Positions 38,203 through 51,594 of a stretch of 64,000 bases of DNA are shown one piece after another. The stretch is from Octopus vulgaris. Its lineage: Eukaryota. The notes under the pieces were generated by a model. The model was not told the DNA's origin and ran no database searches. It saw only the letters and a list, made by a program, of their open reading frames with translations. A program made the translations under genes and the position numbers. How positions within the stretch are numbered: position 1 is the stretch's first letter; every line of letters begins with the position of its first letter. The stretch covers positions 50,344,001 to 50,408,000 of the forward strand of contig OX597829.1 in NCBI GenBank assembly GCA_951406725.2, in the 5' to 3' direction.

Positions 38203-38592
38203 CCTATATATATAAAAGAGAGGTTGTTTGCTGTCTGTCGCCTACGATTTAGATTCCTAACTACTCCCACATTTTGCGGTGCAGTTTAACCAAAACCGGG
38301 TATCTTATAGTCGTGATTCATATCGAGCCCTTCTGGGTATTAGCGCGCGTCTACGATGAATCTACGATTTAAAAAAAATTTACCATCAATTTTTCCCATT
38401 TTAATGCATTTTTGGCATATATAAGGGAAGTAACTCTCTAAAAATTTATTATTAAATCTCAACGTAAAAAGCTACAGTAACACCCCGCTTTGTGGTTAGC
38501 CATATTGAGATGGCTATTATACTTTACATCTCTAAAAATGCTTATATAGTTATTTCCCTTACAAACCCGAGCAACGCTGGGCGATACTGCTA

Positions 38593-38593
<1 letters not shown>
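38203..38593 (+). mobile_element. Non-autonomous Helitron-like element, second copy
   Basis: 3' CCCGAGCAACGCTGGGCGATACTGCTAG|T. Homologous to 28126-28531. Confidence 0.72.
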
Positions 38594-38635
<42 letters not shown>

Positions 38636-38788
38636 TATATGCAAACACGTTATATATGCACATACATATACATACACACATACAAACATATAAACATAGA
38701 TATATATGAACATACATACATATATATACATATATATATACATGTGTATATATATATGTATGTATATGTATGTTTGTGTGTGTGTACA

Positions 38789-38958
38789 TCACTAAAGCGA
38801 CTGAAGTCACTATTCAGCACACCAGTATTGCTGGAAATACCAGTCAAAACAACACATTGCCACAATACACATCTCTTATTTGCTGAGTTATGAGTTATTT
38901 TGACTCTTATTTCTAGCAATACTGGGGTGCTGAATAGTGCCCTCAGTCACTTTAGTGA
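38789..38958. mobile_element. MITE-like fold-back (~60-bp imperfect TIRs)
   Basis: TCACTAAAGCGACTGA...TCAGTCACTTTAGTGA. Confidence 0.55.
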
Positions 38959-39004
38959 GATATTCATTTTTACCTTTCAGTTGAAAAATTGCTAACGACC
39001 ACCC

Positions 39005-39054
<50 letters not shown>

Positions 39055-39255
39055 CACATATATATAAATTAGAGGAAAAAACACTATTATATATATTTAT
39101 ATTGTGAAATTTGATTTAATACTAACTTGAATTTTTCCCTGTAAGTTTGGAGTTATACTCCCTAATAGTATGTATGTATGTATGTATGTGTGTGTGTGTG
39201 GAATTCTTAAGGCAGACTGCTAATAGGCACTACAGTGAATAAAAAGTTAGTTAAG

Positions 39256-40774
39256 CCTATACTCGAGTTTCGCTATTAATCATCATCGTTTAACATCCGT
39301 CTTCCGTGCTAGCACAGGTTGGACGGTTCGACCGGGGTCTGGGAAGCCAGGAGGCTGCACCAGACTCCAGTCTGATCTGGCAGTGTTTCTACAGCTGGAT
39401 GCCCTTCCTAACGCCAACCACTCCGCGAGTGTAGTGGGTGCTTTTTACGTGCCACTGGCACAGGTGCCAGGGGAGTCTGGCAGCGGCCATGATCGGTTGA
39501 TGCTTTTAACGTGCCACCGGCACAGAAGCCAGTCAAGGTGGCGCTGGCATCGGCCACATTCGGATGGTGCCCTTTATGTGCCACCGGCACAGGTATCACA
39601 ACTACTATTTCCATTAATATTTATTTCGATGTTCATGTACTTGACTCAATAGGTCTCCTCAAGCACAGCGGGTTGTTCTGAAATCCAAGGTACTTTGAAT
39701 GGGCAGGGGCTATGATGGACTGGTGCGGGAAGCAGCCCGGGTCTTTGCAGTCACAGCATATCTCCATAGATCTCGGTCCTTCGTCATTTGTGAGGCCCAA
39801 CGCTCTGAGGTCATGCTTGACTACCTCATCCCATGTCTTCCTGGGTCTACGTCTCCCCCTGATACCTTCAACTGTTTGGGAGCGGCACTTCTTCACATAT
39901 CTCTCCTCATCCATCCGCAGTACATGACCATACCATCACAAGCGTCACTCTTGCACACCACATCTGATGCTTCTTATATCCAGCATTTCTCTCAGGGTGC
40001 TTACCCTCTGTCGTGTGCGCACACTGACATTACACATCCAGTGGATCATGTTAGCTTCATTTCTTTCAAGCCTACGCATGTCTTCTGCAGTCACAGCCCA
40101 TGTTTCACTACCGTGAAGCATGGCAGTTCGCACACATGCATCATACAATCTACCTTTCACTCTGAGCGAGAGACTCTTTGTCGCCAGTAGGGGTAGGAGC
40201 TTTCTAAACTTTGCCCAGGCTATTCGTATTCTAGTGGTGACACTCTCTGAGCATCCACCCCCACTACTAACTTGGTCACCCAGGTAGCGGAAACTATCAA
40301 CTACTTCTAGTTTCTCCTCCTGGAGTGTGATGGAATCTGTTTTCTGAGTATCTGTGGTGTCTATTGTCCCTGTGCATCTGCCGCACATGAAAGCTATCTT
40401 GTCAGTTAATTTCCCTTTGATGTTGCTGCATCTCTTATGCGTCCAAAGCTTACACTGGGTACATCTTATGGAATTTCTACCTACACCTTTCCTACAGATC
40501 GAGCAGGGCCACATGCCCGAGGGGGTGTGTGCTGAGTTTGCCTTTCTGCTTACTATAACTTTGGTCTTTGCTACATCTACTCTAAGGCCCTTTGATTCTA
40601 AACCTTGCTTCCACACCTGAAATTTCTTTTCTAGTTCCGGTAGTGATTCTGCTATGAGAGCCAGGTCATCAGCATAGAGGAGCTCCCAGGGGCAACCTGT
40701 TTTGAACTCCTCTGTTATTGCCTGGAGGACTATGACCAAATAAATTAATTTGGTATATGTAGCTCATCAGTAGG
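39256..40774 (-). ncRNA. Canonical hammerhead ribozyme split by the RTE insertion (halves 40736-40774 and 39256-39280)
   Basis: Rejoined minus strand: CCUA-CUGAUGA-GCUA...[LINE]...UAGC-GAAAC-UCGA-GUA-UAGG. Confidence 0.75.
39281..40735 (-). mobile_element. 5'-truncated RTE-clade LINE
   Basis: ORF 39945-40739 carries LLYADDL and the PHD insert, closely similar to 24660-26188. (GAT)n tail at 39281. Confidence 0.93.
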
Positions 40775-40959
40775 ATCCCTAAAGAAGGCATAATTATGTA
40801 ACTGTAATACGTACTGAAAACACAAGGCAAGCACATGTGTAAGACAGCTCCATCTTTATACATTATGGTTTCAAACTTAGTGCATGAGCATAGTCAGAAT
40901 AGCACTGCAGTAAAAAAAATCTAAACTGCGTATTATATGGCCAAAGAATTAGAAAATTT

Positions 40960-41307
40960 TACTGCATAAGTATAAGGGTAAAAAATCTAAATAATTTACT
41001 ACCAGTGGTTCACATGCATAATAAAAGTCATAAGGCATAAGATATTTTATAAGAGTATATAAAGATTTATACACACGAAGAGAAGACCCTTGACAGGACT
41101 AAAAAGGTCCTTAAGAATTCCTTTTCTTTCATGGTTTGGATTTAACTGCCCTTTTTAGCATGTAAGAAGTCTTGTCAAGGGTCTTTGCTCCGTGTATAAA
41201 TCTTTACACACTCTTACATAAAATATTTTATGTCTTATGACTTTTATTACGCATGCTAGCCACTGATAATAAATTATTTTAATTTTTATACCCTTACACT
41301 TATGCAG

Positions 41308-41309
<2 letters not shown>
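40960..41309. repeat. ~350-bp fold-back with ~140-bp imperfect arms
   Basis: TACTGCATAAGTATAAGGGT...ACCCTTACACTTATGCAGTA. Confidence 0.8.
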
Positions 41310-41339
<30 letters not shown>

Positions 41340-41443
41340 CACATTCATAAATGAGGGTGAAAAATTAGATATTAATTTAATAATACCATCAGTTTAACAC
41401 CAAGTAGCTTAGCACATAAAAAACCAGGGAGACAATACAAATT

Positions 41444-41621
41444 TATACTTAAATATAAGAGAGTTACCGCTAAGTGGTTAACTCTAGTGCTAAAAATAGC
41501 TCCTTTTTCTGGTATAGCCATCAAAGTTGTTTCCACCAACAACTTTGGTGGCTATACCAGAAAAAGGAGCTATTTTTAGCACTAGAGTTAACCACTTAGC
41601 AGTAACTCTCTTATATTTAAG

Positions 41622-41625
<4 letters not shown>
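41444..41625. repeat. Near-perfect hairpin, ~86-bp arms, short loop
   Basis: TATACTTAAATATAAGAGAGTTAC...GTAACTCTCTTATATTTAAGTATA. Confidence 0.92.
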
Positions 41626-41657
<32 letters not shown>

Positions 41658-41761
41658 TATATATGATGGTAATGATAATGACAATGATGATGTATATATG
41701 TGTGGGGGGTGTAATTTAATAAGAGTTTGGTTCAGCTTCTGGGCACACACACACACACACA

Positions 41762-41803
<42 letters not shown>

Positions 41804-42010
41804 ACGTGATTTGTTTCTCATCAAATTTACACTGGCAACAAGCTGGTAGAATTATTAACACAATGGACAAAATGCTTAGCGTCTTGGGCAAGCATCTTCT
41901 ACTATAGCCTCAGGCCAACCAAAGGCTTGTGAGTGGATTTGGTAGACAGAAACTGAAAGAAGCCCATCATATATATACATATACATATATATACATATAC
42001 ATATATATAT

Positions 42011-42590
42011 GCCAGCTCTGTCTGGCCCCGTGTCGGTGGCACGTAAAAGCACCATCCGTTCGTGTCCGTTGCCAGCCTCACCTGGCCCCCGTGCCGGTGA
42101 CACGTAAAAGCACCATCCGTTCGTGGCTGTTTGCCAGCTCCGTCTGGCCCCGTGTCAGTGGCACGTAAAAGCACCATCCGTTCGTGTCCATTGCCAGCCT
42201 CCTCACCTGGCCCCGTGCCGGTGACACGTAAAAGCACCATCCGTTCGTGGCCGTTTGCCAGCTCCATCTGGCCCTGTGTCGGTGGCACATAAAAGCACCA
42301 TCCGTTCGTGTCCGTTGCCAGCCTTGCCTGGCCCCGTGCCGGTGACACGTAAAAGCACCGTCCGTTCATGGCCATTTACCAGCTCTGTCTGGCACCTGTG
42401 CAGGTGGCACGTAAAAAGCACCCACTACACTTACGGAGTGGTTGGCGTTAGGAAGGGCATCCAGCCGTAGAAACACTGCCAGATCTGACTGGGCCTGACG
42501 AAGCCTTCCAGCTTCACAGACCCCAGTTGAACCGTCCAACCCATGCTAGCATGGAAAGCGGACGCTAAATGATGATGATGATGATGATGA
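42011..42590 (+). mobile_element. RTE 3' tail with ~7 tandem ~60-bp units, inserted in a family A SINE microsatellite
   Basis: Repeated GTG.CGGTG.CACGTAAAAGCACCATCCG, then the common RTE tail and (GAT)n. SINE halves at 41885-41990 and 42620-42845. Confidence 0.85.
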
Positions 42591-42954
42591 TATACACACA
42601 CACATATACATATATATATGTATATATTTGTGTGTGTGTGTGTCTGTGTTTGTCCCCTTTCTATTGCTTGCCAGCCAATGTTGGTGTGCATACATCCCTG
42701 TAACTTAGCAGTTCAGCAAAAGAAAGTGACAGGATAAGTACTAGGCTTACAAAGAATAAGTCCTGGGGTCGATTTTACTCGAGTGAAGGCAGTGCTCCAG
42801 CATGGCCACAGTCAAATGACTGAAACAAGTAAAAGAGTAAAAGAATATATATACATAAACACACACACACACACACATATATATATTGTTCATTGATGCT
42901 GAATGTTGTTCAAGGCAATCACTACCTTCATTGTCTAACAACATATCCTACAAT

Positions 42955-43156
42955 AGGCGCAGGAGTGGCTATAGGCGCAGGAGTGGCTATAGGCGCAGGA
43001 GTAGCTGTGTGGTAAGTAGCTTGCTAACCAACCACATGGTTCCGGGTTCAGTCCCACTGCGTGACATCTCGGGCAAGTGTCTTCTGCTATAGCCCCGGGC
43101 CGATCAATGCCTTGTGAGTGAATTTGGTAGATGGAAACTGAAAGAAGCCTGTCGTA

Positions 43157-43197
<41 letters not shown>

Positions 43198-43400
43198 TTG
43201 TCCCCCTAGCATTGCTTGACAACCGATGCTGGTGTGTTTACGTCCCCGTCACTTAGCAGTTCGGCAAAAGAAAGTGACAGGATAAGTACTTAGGCTTACA
43301 AAGAATAAGTCCCGGGGTCGATTTGCTCAACTAAAGGCGGTGCTCCAGCATGGCCACAGTCAAATGACTGAAACAAGTAAAAGAGTAAGAGAATAAAAGA
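42955..43400 (+). mobile_element. Family A SINE with triplicated 18-bp head
   Basis: TAGGCGCAGGAGTGGCTA x3, then a full body and tail. Confidence 0.85.
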
Positions 43401-44179
43401 GTACAAGAAACATGTATTGATCATTTGCATTACACTGCCATCATGCAACATATATTTTAAAAGCTCTCAGTTCAATCTATAAAGCTTACAAAACCACTAA
43501 AGTCAGCCGTTTATATATGACAACAACAACAACACCTTCCTTTCCCAAATGTCCCCCTTTTTTTTTTTAATTAGTTATCAATTTTAATCCACCGTTTTTG
43601 CACATACCAAATCTGAAACATTCATTATTGGAGACCACCCACCTCAAATTATCTGATACTTATTTTTCTCAATTTAAACATGTTTAAACTTGTCGCCTCT
43701 AAATTTCGCCGTTTCTTCCACACTAAGTCCCAGATGAAGTTTGATTTCCTGTTTTGTTCTTTCACTGCTGAAGAATGTTCCAGTTTAATTTTTTTTAATG
43801 TCGTTATCAATATAGTCTTCGAGGGTGACACATTTTTCAGTGACAGTTGATAGAGCAATGCACTGAATGTCTCCTGGTATCTTATTTCAATTGTTTTATC
43901 TCCTGACAGCCAAGACACATCACTTAGTGATGAAGGAATTCAGATCATGATTGAAAGGTCATGTGCTTCAATAGTGTGTTGTGTCCTTGAGCAAGACTCT
44001 TTATTTCACGTTGCTCCAGTCCCCTCAGCTAGCAAAAAAAATAAGTAGAACCTGTAATTTCAAAGGGTCAGCCTTGTCACACTCTGAGTCTTCCTAAGGA
44101 TCACATTAAGGGTACACATGTCTGTGGAGCACTCAGCCACTTGCACATCAATTTCACGACTAGGCTGTACGCGTATATA

Positions 44180-44251
44180 TAAACACACACAAGCACATGC
44201 ACACACAAACATGTGTGCACACACAAACATGCACACAAACATATGCACGAA

Positions 44252-44341
<90 letters not shown>

Positions 44342-46056
44342 AACAAACACAAACACACACACTTGCACACACACATATATACGCACATACACACACACAC
44401 ACATATACACACATGTACACACACAGACATTCACATGTACATACACACACCTGCACAAACACACATGCAAGCACACACATAGACATATGCCAGCACACAA
44501 ACACATGCACATACACAAACACACATATACACACACACACATACACACACACACACACACACATGCACACATGCATGCACGCACGCACATATCTACTAAG
44601 AAAGGCTTTGGTCAGTTCCGTTGCTCGTCCACTCACAGCAAGATTGAGATTTGAAACAAAAACTCAACTCGTAGGAGGAGATATTGAGATGGTGAAGACG
44701 GAAAGAGAAAAACCCGGGCATGGCTACATCCTGTTCGCATGACAAAAATTTTATAATAAAATGCTAATGGCACTGAGTGAGGGGAGAAGGGGAGGAGCAC
44801 CTTGGAAACCAATTCCTGTTCTTGGAAATGCATGAGTATTGAGAATATGGTTGTGGTAGTAGTAGTGGTGGTGGTGGTTGTGGTTATGGTTTAGGCGGTG
44901 ATAATAGTGATAATGATAGGTGGTGGTGGTGATGATGAAGATGATGACGATGATGATGATGATGATGATAACGACAAAACGACAAAGACAATGATGATAG
45001 TGGTGATGGTGTTGATAATGATAATGATGGTGGTAGTGGTGGTGGCAGCAGTGGTGGTGGTATGGTGGTGCTGGTGGGGGCAGTGGTGGTAGTGATGATG
45101 GTGGTAGTGGTGGTGGTAGTGGTGATGGTGGTGGTGGTGGTAGTGGTGATGGTGGTATGGTGGTGTTGGTGGTGGCAGTGGTGATGGTGGTGGTGGTGGT
45201 GGTGGTGGTAGTAGTAGTGGTGGTATTGGTGATGGTGGTGGTAGTAGTAGTGGTGGTATTGGTGATGGTGGTGGTAGTGGTGGTGGTGGTGTTGGTGGTG
45301 GTAGTGGTGGTGGTGATAGTGGTGATGGTGGTAGTGGTGATGGTGGTGGTGATGGTGGTGGTGGTGGTGGTAGTGGTGATGGTGGTAGTGGTGGTAGTTG
45401 TGGTGGTAGTGGTGATGGTGGTGGTGGTGGTGGTGGTAGTAGTGGTGGTAGTGGTAGTGGTAGTGGTGGTGATGGTAGTGGTGGTGATGGTGGTGGTGGT
45501 GGTGGTGGTAATGGTGGTGGTGGTGGTGGTGGTGGTGGTGGTAGTGGTGGTGATGGTGGTGGTGGTGGTGGTAGTAGTGGTGGTAGTGGTGATGGTGGTG
45601 TTGGTGGTGGTGGTGATGGTGGTAGTGGTGGTAGTTGTGGTGGTAGTGGTGATGGTGGTGGTGGTGGTGGTGGTAGTAGTGGTGGTAGTGGTGTGGTGGT
45701 GGTGGTGGTGGTAGTAGTGGTGGTAGTGGTGGTGGTGGTGATGGTGGTTGTAGTGGTGGTGGTGGTGGTGGTGGTGGTGGTGTTGGTGGTGAGGGTAGTT
45801 TAATGATAATGCCATGATGGTAATAAAAATAATGCTGACGTTGACAATAGCAATAACATTGATGATGACACAACAACAACAACAATGACAATGGTGACAA
45901 AGACGATGATTCCATGATGATGATGATGATAGGGGTAGTGGCGTTGATGATCATGATCATGATACAATATTTAAAGTGCACATTGCTTCTGCTTGACAGA
46001 CTTAATTTAAGAAAAAATTCATAATTACTGTTCAGAAGCACAACGTGTAACTTAAC

Positions 46057-46087
<31 letters not shown>

Positions 46088-46402
46088 AAATAAAAGAAAA
46101 ATTAGCAAACAAAAAAAAAAGGTTATTGCAAAAATAGAAATAACAAAACATTGAAGATATATAAAAAATATTATATTTCTATAAAAGACAATGAGTAAAT
46201 AAAAATGGAAAAATGAAATTTATAAAATAAGCAAACGTCCAATTCGTGTCAGAATGGAAAAACAGATATTAAATGATGATGGTGATGGTGGTGATGTTGA
46301 AGATGACAGCGAAGGTGGCGGCAGCGATGACGATGACGACAGTGACGATGACAAAGATGATAACGACAGTGATGATGATGACAGTGATGATGATGATGAC
46401 AG

Positions 46403-46438
<36 letters not shown>

Positions 46439-46443
46439 CAGTG

Positions 46444-46494
<51 letters not shown>

Positions 46495-46645
46495 CGATGA
46501 TGATGATGGTGGTGGTGATCATGATGATGATGGTGATGTTGAAGATGACAGCGAAGGTGGTGTGGCGGCAGCGATGACGATGACGACAGTGATGATGACA
46601 AAGATGATAACGACATTGATGATGATGATGATGATGATGACAGTG

Positions 46646-46677
<32 letters not shown>

Positions 46678-47020
46678 GATGATGATGATGCGATGATGAT
46701 GATGGTGGTGGTGATCATGATGATGATGGTGATGTTGAAGATGACAGCGAAGGTGGCGGCAGCGATGACAATGACGACAGTGATGATGACAAAGATGATA
46801 ATGATAGTGATGATGATGACAGTGATGATGATGATGACGACGACAACGATGATGATGATGATGGTGATGATGATGATGATGACGATGATGATGGTGATAA
46901 TGATGATGACAACGATGATGAATGATGATGACGACGAAGACGACGACGAAGACGACGACGATGACTACGATGATGATGGCGTTGATGATAACGACAATGG
47001 TGACGATGACAATAGGGATG
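44180..47020. repeat. Large microsatellite domain: (CA)n, (GGT)n ~44850-45800, (GAT)n ~46270-47020
   Basis: Directly visible. GATGTTGAAGATGACAGCGAAGGTGG recurs three times inside the (GAT)n. Confidence 0.95.
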
Positions 47021-47339
47021 TGAAACAAATCATTTTCGAAATGTCATTGCAAGACAAAAAAAAAACAACAAAATACACTTCATGGTAGAGCAGGCTTTGA
47101 CACAGGAAATGCTGACAATATTAATTGTGTCTTTCAAAATTAATTTTCTTTATAATACTTAAATGAAAATAAATTTTATTCAAAATGTATTTCTCAGGAA
47201 TTATTTTCAAAATTTATCCCAGCAGTGGCACCAAATGTTTGGTTGTATCTCTACATTAGAGATAGAGAATCCTTTAACCAGTTATAAATTTGGAACCACC
47301 CATCAATGAATTCCCTGAAATTCCATGTCTCTGTCTTGT

Positions 47340-47808
47340 TTCTTTTACTTGCTTCTGTCATTGGACTGTGGCCATGCTGGGGCACCACCTTGAAGGGTTT
47401 TAGTTGAACAAATCAATCCCAGTATATCTTTTATCTTTTACTTGTTTCAGTCATTGGACTGTGGCCATGCTGGGGCACCACCTTGAAGGGTTTTAGTTGA
47501 ACAAATCAATCCCAGTATATCTTTTATCTTTTACTTGTTTCAGTCATTGGACTGTTGCCATGCTGGGGCACCACCTTGAAGGGTTTTAGTTGAACAAATC
47601 AATCCCAGTATATCTTTTATCTTTTACTTGTTTCAGTCATTGGACTGTTGCCATACTGGGGCACCACCTTGAAGGGTTTTAGTTGAACAAATCAATCCCA
47701 GTATATCTTTTATCTTTTACTTGTTTCAGTCATTGAACTGTGGCCATGCTGGGGCACCACCTTGAAGGCCACAGTCCAATGACTGAAACAAGTAAAAGAT
47801 AAAAGATA
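47340..47808 (-). repeat. 93-bp SINE-tail satellite, ~4.5 units plus a short inverted unit
   Basis: Same unit as 31955-37590 in reverse. Flips orientation at ~47768. Confidence 0.9.
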
Positions 47809-48139
47809 ACCCTTATTTTGGCTCCATGTCTAAGAGAAAAAGTGCAGAAATAATATTGAAGAAGTTAATGGAGAAAAAAAATTTTAGAAAATTTCAAAAT
47901 TTTCTTTTTTAGTTTTATAAAAAGGTTCAAAGAATGTTTACTCTAAATTTTTTTTAAATACTGAAAAACATCAAATTTTTTGCTATAGGAAAATATTTTT
48001 GAGACACATAAAAGGAGATAGTCATTCTAGTTTTGGAATCAATGAATTTAAACATCATTCATAATGCAATTGCTAAATTGCAACGTTACAATATTTATTT
48101 GTTTAAATAAATTAACATTGTTGACGTTGAAAGATTTTG

Positions 48140-48302
48140 GACAAAGGAGTGGCTGTGTGGTAAGTAGCTTGCTTACCAACTACACGGTCCCAGGTTCAGT
48201 TCTATTGCTTGGCACCTTGGGCAAGTGTCTTCTACTATAGCCTCAAGCCAACCAAAGTCATGTGAGTAGAATTTGGTGGATGGAAACTGAAAGACGTCCA
48301 TC

Positions 48303-48365
<63 letters not shown>

Positions 48366-48565
48366 CTTGTGTGTCTGTGTTTGTCCCCCCAGCATCACTT
48401 GACAACAGATGTTGGTGTGTTTACATCTCCATAACTTAGCAGTTTGGCAAAAGAGACCAATAGAATAAGTACTAGGCTTACAAAGAATAAGAGTTGGGGG
48501 GTCGATTTGTTTGACTAAAGGCGATGCACCAGCATGGCCGCAGTGAAATGACTGAAACAAATAAA
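48140..48565 (+). mobile_element. Family A SINE
   Basis: Head, (TG)n and tail present. Confidence 0.85.
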
Positions 48566-48944
48566 AGGAGGAATGAAAGATGTTACCGAGAGAAATTCCT
48601 CTGGAGATTGTTGCAAGATTTGCTGTTAATCTCTTAGAAAGGTTATTCAGGAACCGGAAAATTTCAAACAAAAACAAAAACTGAGGATTAAGATGCAACT
48701 TCCAATGCTTGAAATATATGGCTTGAAATGACATTATAAAATCTTCAGAGATTATGGTTTACCTATCATATAAGATTAATACAATGAACACATAACCTTC
48801 TTAGGAACAAGACAGAAATGTGGGAAACACTGAAAGCTTCAATAATTTAGAAGTAATTCATTAGATGACATTTCTGACAGTTTTGGCAAAGAATTAATTC
48901 CTACACTTCTTTTCAAATAAAGTAAGTCATAGCAGGAAATATAG

Positions 48945-49200
48945 TGGAGGTGTGTGGCTTAGTGGTTAGGGTGTCGAACTCATGATCGTAAGGTTGTGGT
49001 TTCGATTCCTGGACCGGGCGATGCGTTGTGTTCTTGAGCAAAACACTTCATTTCACATTGCTCCAGTCCACTCAGCTGGCAAAAATGAGTAACGCTGCAA
49101 TGGACTGGCGTCCCGTCCAGCTGGGGAACACATACGCCATAGAAACCGGGAGACTGGGCCCATGAGCCTGGCTAGGCTTTAAAAAGGGCACATTTATTTT
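48945..49200 (+). mobile_element. tRNA-derived SINE (family C-related)
   Basis: GGAGGTGTGTGGCTTAGTGGTTAGG...GGTTTCGATTCC, followed by GTGTTCTTGAGCAAAACACTT core. Confidence 0.75.
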
Positions 49201-50612
49201 ATTTTTATAGCAGGAATATTGATAGAGACCTTAGCATCAACTCACTGCATAAGAATTGAACCCAAATCACTGTGTTCAAATGTGAAAGCAGGTGTAAACA
49301 CCCATACATGATTTTAGGTTTTAGGTAGAAACATAAAGAACTTGTTTTTATCAGTAGCCAGACTGACTGTCAAAAGCACAATAGACCCAGCAGATGCTTA
49401 AACTCATTAGAATCTCAGTTGGTGTGAATAACATATTGAAATGTCATTAACAATTTTGTCTTTGGCACCTTATCGCTGGTCACTTGTCAAAAAGACAATC
49501 AATATCAATGGTTACAGGAGCTTATGCCACTCAATATCAGCTACAGAATTCAGTCCTTATAACAGTTCAGCTTCATTACTGGTGCACACATCTCTCATGG
49601 ACACAAAAGAACTGATTAACTTGCTGTAAACATCTCTTCCCTGTCATCAGAGTGTTTTGCCACACTGCATGGATACACACAAACTGATTCACTTAAAGTG
49701 AATAACTCTTTCCTCTTGTTATTGCACCAACAGCTTTTTTTGTTAACAATAAATAAATATTTTTGTATTGGACTTCACACAAACTATTAAATTCCTTTAT
49801 CACAAAGTAATTGATATAATTTCTTTTTATTTAACTCTAAAATAATTTAACTACATTTTTTTTTCATTTAACATTAGAATGTAATTTATTTGGTAACATT
49901 AGTTTAAGATTGATCCAATACTTGGAATACTTCCAAAATCTAATATACTCTTGATTAAACAGACCACGATAATCAAAGTAAATAGCATTGATAAAATGAA
50001 CACACACTTAATTTTAACCGAATGCTAATTAATACATTTATTATTCTGTTTCTCTATTTTAATGCATTAAATTCAACACATAGTAATTGAGTTTATTGTT
50101 TTTCTCATGAATCAGGCCAGAAGCTGACAGGATCATTAGCACACCAGACAAAGTACTTAACAACATTTCTTCCATCTCTTTACACTCTGAGTTTAAATTC
50201 CACCAAGGTCAACTTTGCCTTTCATTCTTTCAGGGTCAATAAAACAAGAACCAGTGATACAATGGGGTCAATGTAATCAACTTCCCCACCTAACTACACT
50301 CAAAACAGCTGGCCTAGCTCCAAATCTGGAAAGAATTTCCTCATAACATTGGTTAAATTAATAAGTTCATTACAAATAATTGACAGACATTGTAATTCTT
50401 TCTACTATACACACAAGGTCTGAAATTTTTGGGGGGAAGGGGATAAAGTCGATTACATCGACCCCAGTGTTTCACTGGTACTTAATTTATCAACCCCAAA
50501 AGGATGTAAAGCAAAGTCAACATTGGTGGAATTTGAACTTAGACTATACGGTAGACGAAATACTGCTAGGCATTTCACCTGGAAAGCAAATGTTTCTGCC
50601 AGTTTCCTGCCT

Positions 50613-51170
50613 TGATGATGATGATGATGGTGATGGTGATGGTGGTGGTGATGGTGGTCGTGATGGTGGTGGTCGTGGTGGTGGTGATGGTGGTGGTGGT
50701 GATGGTGGTGATGATGGTGGTGGTGATGATGGTGATGATGGTGGTGGTGATGGTGGTGGTGATGGTGGTGGTGGTGGTGGTGATGGTGGTGATGGTGGTG
50801 ATGATGGTGGTGGTATGGTGGTGGTGGTGAGGGTGATGGTGAGGGTGATGGTGGTGGTGATGGTGGTGATGATGGTGGTGGTGATGGTGGTGGTGATGGT
50901 GGTGGTGGTGTGGTGATGGTGGCAGTGATGGTGGTGGTATGGTGGTGGTGGTGAGGGTGATGGTGATGGTGGTAGTGGTGGTGATGGTGGTGGTGGTGGT
51001 GATGGTGGTGGTGGTGGTGGTGGTGTTGGTGATGGTGGTGATGATGGTGGTGGTGATGGTGGTTGTGATGGTGATGATGGTGATGATGATGGTGGTGATG
51101 ATGATGGTGGTGATGATGGTGGTGATGATGGTGGTGGTGATGGTGATGGTGATGATGATGATGATGATGA
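50613..51170. repeat. (GGT/GAT)n microsatellite
   Basis: Directly visible. Confidence 0.95.
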
Positions 51171-51594
51171 TTATCCTTTCTACTATAGGCACAAGGCCTG
51201 AAATTTTGTGGGGAGGGGACTAGTCAATTACATCGACCCCCCCCCCCCCAATGTTTCGCTGGTACTTAATTTATCGACCTCGAAAAGACGAAAGGCAAAG
51301 TTGACACTGGTGGAATTTGAACTCAGAACTCAGAACATAGCGATGGGCAAAATACCACTGAGCATTTCGTTCAGCGTACTAACAATTCCTCCAGCTCGCT
51401 TCCTTATTGACAGACACCATTATGCTAACCCAATTCCATTGAATCAAATAATGGTCTTTGAAACAGCAAGAAATATTTTATTGCATACAGTTTTAATTTA
51501 AAGTTATTTCCTGAATAGAAGCTATAGCGCACGTAATCTTAAATTGATATCGTTTATCTGTTATCTTTCTACATGCTTCATTCATTGTAATGAA

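Noticed and set aside
44060-47088. Long ORFs rich in His/Thr/Val/Asp/Met
   Set aside because: These are translations of (CA)n, (GGT)n and (GAT)n microsatellites. The same applies to ORFs at 16085-19177, 50380-51223 and 59531-61181.
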